A stretch of DNA of 63,683 nt, counting the filler, from an uncultured bacterium (GTDB lineage: Bacteria > CAYJRR01), in the NCBI GenBank assembly GCA_964372275.1. It is 3 parts of 3 records of this genome, joined end to end, with 100 filler letters (N's around TTAATTAATTAA, not from the genome) between each part and the next. Parts side by side here need not be neighbours in the genome. Positions count along the whole stretch, not along the records: positions 46,866 to 63,683 come from CAYJRR010000099.1; 2 more parts are not named here. One strand, written 5' to 3'. The notes below the pieces were generated by a model. That model saw only the letters and a list, made by a program, of their open reading frames with translations. It ran no database searches and had not been told where the DNA came from. How positions within the stretch are numbered: the stretch's first letter is position 1; each line of letters begins with the position of its first letter. Of the stretch, positions 60,268 to 63,683 are shown piece by piece. The position numbers were made by a program, and so were the translations under genes.

Positions 60268-61029
60268 GTGATCGCCGCGGCTACGACGCGGCCGATCGGC
60301 GGGATGCGCGCGCTGGTGACCGGCGCCGGAGTCCGGCTCGGGCGCGCGATCGCGCTTCGCCTCGCCGATGGCGGGGCGTCGGTCGCCGTGCACCACCACG
60401 TGTCGGCGGCCGCCGCGGCCGATACGGTCGCGTCGATCCGGGAACGCGGCGGCTCCGCCTTCGCCGTGCAGGCCGATCTCGCCGACGCCGACGCCATTGG
60501 CGCGATGTTCGCCGCCGTAGACGCCGAGTTCGGCGGCGGGCTCGACCTGCTCGTCAACAACGCGGGGATCTTCGAGAAGATTCCGGCCGAGGCGATCGGC
60601 CCCGCGCGCTGGCGTCGGATGTTCGCGGTGAACGTCGATGCCGCCTTCCTCTGCTCGATCGCCGCGCGCCCACGGCTGCTCGCGGCGGGCGGCGGCTCGA
60701 TCGTCAACGTCACCGACATCGCCGGAGAGCGCCCGTGGGCCGGATACGCGCACTACTGCGCCTCGAAGGCGGCTCTGATCTCGCTGACCCGCAGCCTCGC
60801 CGTCGAGTGGGCGCCGGCGATCCGCGTGAACGGCGTCTCCCCGGGCGCGGTGCTCCCGCCCGAAAGCGCCACGGCGGAGGAACGGGAGCGCCTTGCGGCC
60901 GCCACGCCGATGCGCCGCCTCGGCCGGCCGGAGGAGGTCGCCGACGCCGTCGTCTTCCTCGCCGCCGGTCCGCCGTTCCTCACCGGCCAGATCGTCGCCG
61001 TCGACGGCGGACGCTCCGCGCGGCTGTAG
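60268..61029 (+). CDS. SDR oxidoreductase, pteridine reductase-like
   Basis: VTGAGVRLGRAIA, LVNNA, IVNVTD, YCASK, VDGGR. Confidence 0.9.
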   Translation: MIAAATTRPIGGMRALVTGAGVRLGRAIALRLADGGASVAVHHHVSAAAAADTVASIRERGGSAFAVQADLADADAIGAMFAAVDAEFGGGLDLLVNNAGIFEKIPAEAIGPARWRRMFAVNVDAAFLCSIAARPRLLAAGGGSIVNVTDIAGERPWAGYAHYCASKAALISLTRSLAVEWAPAIRVNGVSPGAVLPPESATAEERERLAAATPMRRLGRPEEVADAVVFLAAGPPFLTGQIVAVDGGRSARL

Positions 61030-61069
61030 TCCGCGCTTTCGCGCTCGGCGGGGACTCCCCCCATACCCC
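61029..61069 (+). repeat. Dispersed double-hairpin repeat, copy E (between convergent genes)
   Basis: GTCCGCGCTTTCGCGCTCGGCGGGGACTCCCCCCATACCCC. Confidence 0.75.
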
Positions 61070-61530
61070 TATCGCTTCACGTAGCGTTCCCAGACCGCAA
61101 CGAACCGCTCCTGCTCCTCCACCTGCACGAAGCCCGGCTCGATGCGGCGGATCGTCCTCAGCACGCGCTCGGCGTCGGTCTCCGGCGAACGCGCGAGGAA
61201 GCAGGCGATCATCGTTCCGGTGCGACCGAGTCCTGCGAAACAGTGGGCCGCCACCGCCAGACTCTCGGCGTTCCGGGCGTCGACGAAGGCGCAGAAGGCC
61301 TTCGTCTGTTCGATCGTCGGTACGCCGAAATCGTCGATCGGGAAGTGCTCGGTGACCAATCCGGCCGCGCGCACCGCGTCGGGATCGAGTGGGCGCTCGG
61401 TCAAGGTGGCGACTGCCCGGATCCCCATTCGGTGGATCTCGCGCAGATCCTCCTCCAGCGGACGGATCCGACCGGGGAGACTCATCCCCGCGAGCCGGCC
61501 GGGCACCACCCAATGAAATCGTTCGGGCAT
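61069..61530 (-). CDS. Dual-specificity protein phosphatase
   Basis: FHWVVPGRLAG, HFPIDDFGVP, P-loop HCFAGLGRTG, Q..EQ. Confidence 0.92.
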   Translation of the reverse strand: MPERFHWVVPGRLAGMSLPGRIRPLEEDLREIHRMGIRAVATLTERPLDPDAVRAAGLVTEHFPIDDFGVPTIEQTKAFCAFVDARNAESLAVAAHCFAGLGRTGTMIACFLARSPETDAERVLRTIRRIEPGFVQVEEQERFVAVWERYVKR

Positions 61531-61610
61531 CGGCGAGCGGCAGTCTAGCGCGAAAATTTGCCGCCGCGGGCGCCGCCACCATCGTCGCGAACGGCACCCG
61601 AGGAGGACCC

Positions 61611-62138
61611 ATGAGTCTGGATGGACGTGCCCCGCTCCGACGCGTCGCTCCGATTCTCGCGCTGGCGCTCGCCGCGACCGCAAGTCGGCCGGCCGCCGCC
61701 CAACGTACCGTCATCATCGAGGAGGAGGAGGCGTTCCCGGTGGCGGAGATCGGCGTGCAGGCGGGCGCGCCGACGGGGCTGTCGTTCAAGTACTGGCGGA
61801 CCCCCTTCTCCGCCTTGCAAGGGGGGCTCACCTGGAGTTTTCCCGACGAGGGCTACTCGTTCAGTCTCGACTACGTCGCGCACTCCTACGCCCTGCGGCG
61901 GATCGAGCGCGAGCCGCGCGGTTTCCGCGCGCCGCTCTACGCCGGCTTCGGCGTCAAGGCGCTTCGGCTCGCGTCGGACGATCCGGTTCTCGGCGGCCGC
62001 TTCCCGCTCGGACTGACCGCGCTGATGACCGCCGTGCCGGTCTCGTTCTTCGCCGAGGTGGCCCCGGGCGTCCTGTTCGAGGACGAGGGTCCCGTCCTCA
62101 GCGCCGACGCGGGGGTCGGTGCCCGCGTCTACTTCTGA
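61611..62138 (+). CDS. Small outer-membrane beta-barrel (DUF3996-like), paralog of 26749-27234
   Basis: AGGAGG RBS; IGVQAGAPTGLSFK, RFPLG, FFAEVAP, GVGARVYF. Confidence 0.72.
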   Translation: MSLDGRAPLRRVAPILALALAATASRPAAAQRTVIIEEEEAFPVAEIGVQAGAPTGLSFKYWRTPFSALQGGLTWSFPDEGYSFSLDYVAHSYALRRIEREPRGFRAPLYAGFGVKALRLASDDPVLGGRFPLGLTALMTAVPVSFFAEVAPGVLFEDEGPVLSADAGVGARVYF

Positions 62139-62220
62139 CGGCCGCCCGGCGCGAGCGGGAGAACGGAGCCGGCATGCCCCCTGCTACGATCCGGTAGAAC
62201 CGGTCCGCGGGGGTCGACGA

Positions 62221-63591
62221 GTGGCGGATTTGAGCCGATTTGTGTCGCCGGTGGCGATCGCCGCCATCGCCCTCGCCGCGTGCGACGGAGAGCCCTCGGC
62301 CGACCACGAACCGCCGTCCTTCGACGGCCTGGTCGCGGCGGTCGTCGTCACCGCCGGCACCGCCGCGCTCTCGTGGGACGCCGCGACCGATCGGTCGCTT
62401 CCGATCGTCTATCGCGTCTGGACCGCCGGCACGCCCGGCGGAGAATCGTTCTTCGACGAGCCCGCGGCGACCACGACCGCGACGTCGATCGAGATCGCCG
62501 GCCTACCCGACGGAATCCAGTCGACCTACTTCGTCGTCCGGGCGCGGGACGCGGCCGGAAACGAGGACGAAAACGTCGTCGAACGGTCGGTCGCGTTCGC
62601 TCCGAACCGGTTGGAGCGGATCGGCGGCTATCCCCTGCCGACCGGCGGCGACATCGCCGTGAACAGCGCCGGCAACCTGGTCGCGGTTTCGGGCTTCGTC
62701 TCCGATCCGCAGGTGCGAGCATGGGTCTTCGACCTTTCCGATCCGGCGCAGCCGGAGCTCAAGGCGACGCTGCTGGGCGAGGGCCGGTCGACCGACGTCG
62801 AGATCCGCGGCGATGTCCTCTGGGTTTCGGTCGAGGACGGTCCGGGCGACGCCGGCGCCTTCGCCTACGACCTGTCGGATCCCGACGACGTTCCACAGGT
62901 CCCGATCGGCGAAGTGCGGGGGGACGGCACCGACCAGGACTGCCACACCATCTGGCTCCACGGAACGGTCCTCTACTGCGCCAGCACCTTCGACGAAGAG
63001 ATCCACCTCTACGACGTGAGCGACCCGGCGAGCCCCGACCACCTCTCCTCGGTCGGGATCCCGGGAGAGCAGGTCCACGACGTGTACGTCGACGACGAGT
63101 TGGCCGTCGGCGCGTTCCTCTACGGGGGGCTCGCCTTCTTCGACGTGTCGAACCTCGCCGATCCGTCGATGCAGCAGCGCATCGACTACGCCGGCGCCTT
63201 CACGCACAACGTCTGGCCGACGGCCGACCACGACTACCTCTACACGACCGACGAGAACGCCGCCGGCCATCTGCGCATCTGGGACATCCGCAATCGCGAC
63301 CGGGTGGAGCAGGTCGGGGAGTACTACGCCTACCGGGGACCGGGTCCGAAACCGATCGTGCACAACGTGCAGATCGTGGGGAGCATCGCCTACGTCTCCT
63401 GGTACGAGGCCGGGGTGCAGGTCCTCGACGTGAGCGACCCGACCGATCCGGTGCTGGTCGGCTTCCACGACACCTACGTTCCCACCACGCTCGGGACCTA
63501 CCGCGGCGCGTGGGGGGTTGCGCCCAAGCCGCCCTACCTCTTCGTCTCCGACCTCGACAGCGGCCTGCACGTCTTCCGTCTGAACGAGTGA
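62221..63591 (+). CDS. Lipoprotein with FN3 domain and LVIVD-repeat propeller (choice-of-anchor-B-like)
   Basis: Lipobox LAAC; LSWDAATD..YFVVRARDAAGNED; repeated DVSDP; THNVW, YTTDE, VHN, SWYEAG, GAWG. Confidence 0.85.
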   Translation: MADLSRFVSPVAIAAIALAACDGEPSADHEPPSFDGLVAAVVVTAGTAALSWDAATDRSLPIVYRVWTAGTPGGESFFDEPAATTTATSIEIAGLPDGIQSTYFVVRARDAAGNEDENVVERSVAFAPNRLERIGGYPLPTGGDIAVNSAGNLVAVSGFVSDPQVRAWVFDLSDPAQPELKATLLGEGRSTDVEIRGDVLWVSVEDGPGDAGAFAYDLSDPDDVPQVPIGEVRGDGTDQDCHTIWLHGTVLYCASTFDEEIHLYDVSDPASPDHLSSVGIPGEQVHDVYVDDELAVGAFLYGGLAFFDVSNLADPSMQQRIDYAGAFTHNVWPTADHDYLYTTDENAAGHLRIWDIRNRDRVEQVGEYYAYRGPGPKPIVHNVQIVGSIAYVSWYEAGVQVLDVSDPTDPVLVGFHDTYVPTTLGTYRGAWGVAPKPPYLFVSDLDSGLHVFRLNE

Positions 63592-63683
63592 CGCCGGTAT
63601 AGTCGGCCGATGCAACCGAAGGCCGGTCCCGCAGCGCAACCGTTAAAATACCCCCACGACCGACCCTTCCGGGAGCCGGACAG

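Overview
The window is very GC-rich (about 70%+ by eye) bacterial DNA with Myxococcota/deltaproteobacteria-like gene content (inference: sigma-54 activators, PEGA proteins, DUF1844, RpoH, Geobacter-type PutA). It is three separate contigs joined by artificial 100-nt spacers (N44-TTAATTAATTAA-N44 at 23528-23627 and 46766-46865), so adjacency across spacers is meaningless. Contig 1 carries a minus-strand surface-polysaccharide export cluster (Tat protein, two PelC/CsgG-like proteins, one fused to OmpA, a beta-barrel, a short OPX, Wzc, an O-antigen-ligase/TPR protein), then FYDLN, ComEC-like nuclease and ComEA genes. It also has a heat-shock locus (rpoH divergent from dnaJ-DUF1844-htrA-clpB), a single protein that appears to fuse PilO-, PilN-, two secretin-N0- and PilP-like domains, and a diheme DHOR plus Rieske pair. 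Contig 2 has an adhesin, PEGA/barrel proteins, a fused NfnB-NfnA-like flavoprotein, two GT-C-like proteins, a metallopeptidase/barrel operon, a Zn-ribbon HtpX, an MFS transporter and putA. Contig 3 has an RPH/PEP-synthase-like enzyme, ggt/gshA, an amidohydrolase pair and small enzymes. Non-coding signals: a dispersed ~45-nt double-hairpin repeat (5-6 copies, two inside N-terminal coding sequence), GGATC/CCGAT-rich elements (one in frame in putA), an AT-rich heptamer inverted repeat, and many leaderless-type -10 boxes. No rRNA, tRNA, CRISPR array or transposase was recognised. All family calls are by-eye motif recognition, not database searches.
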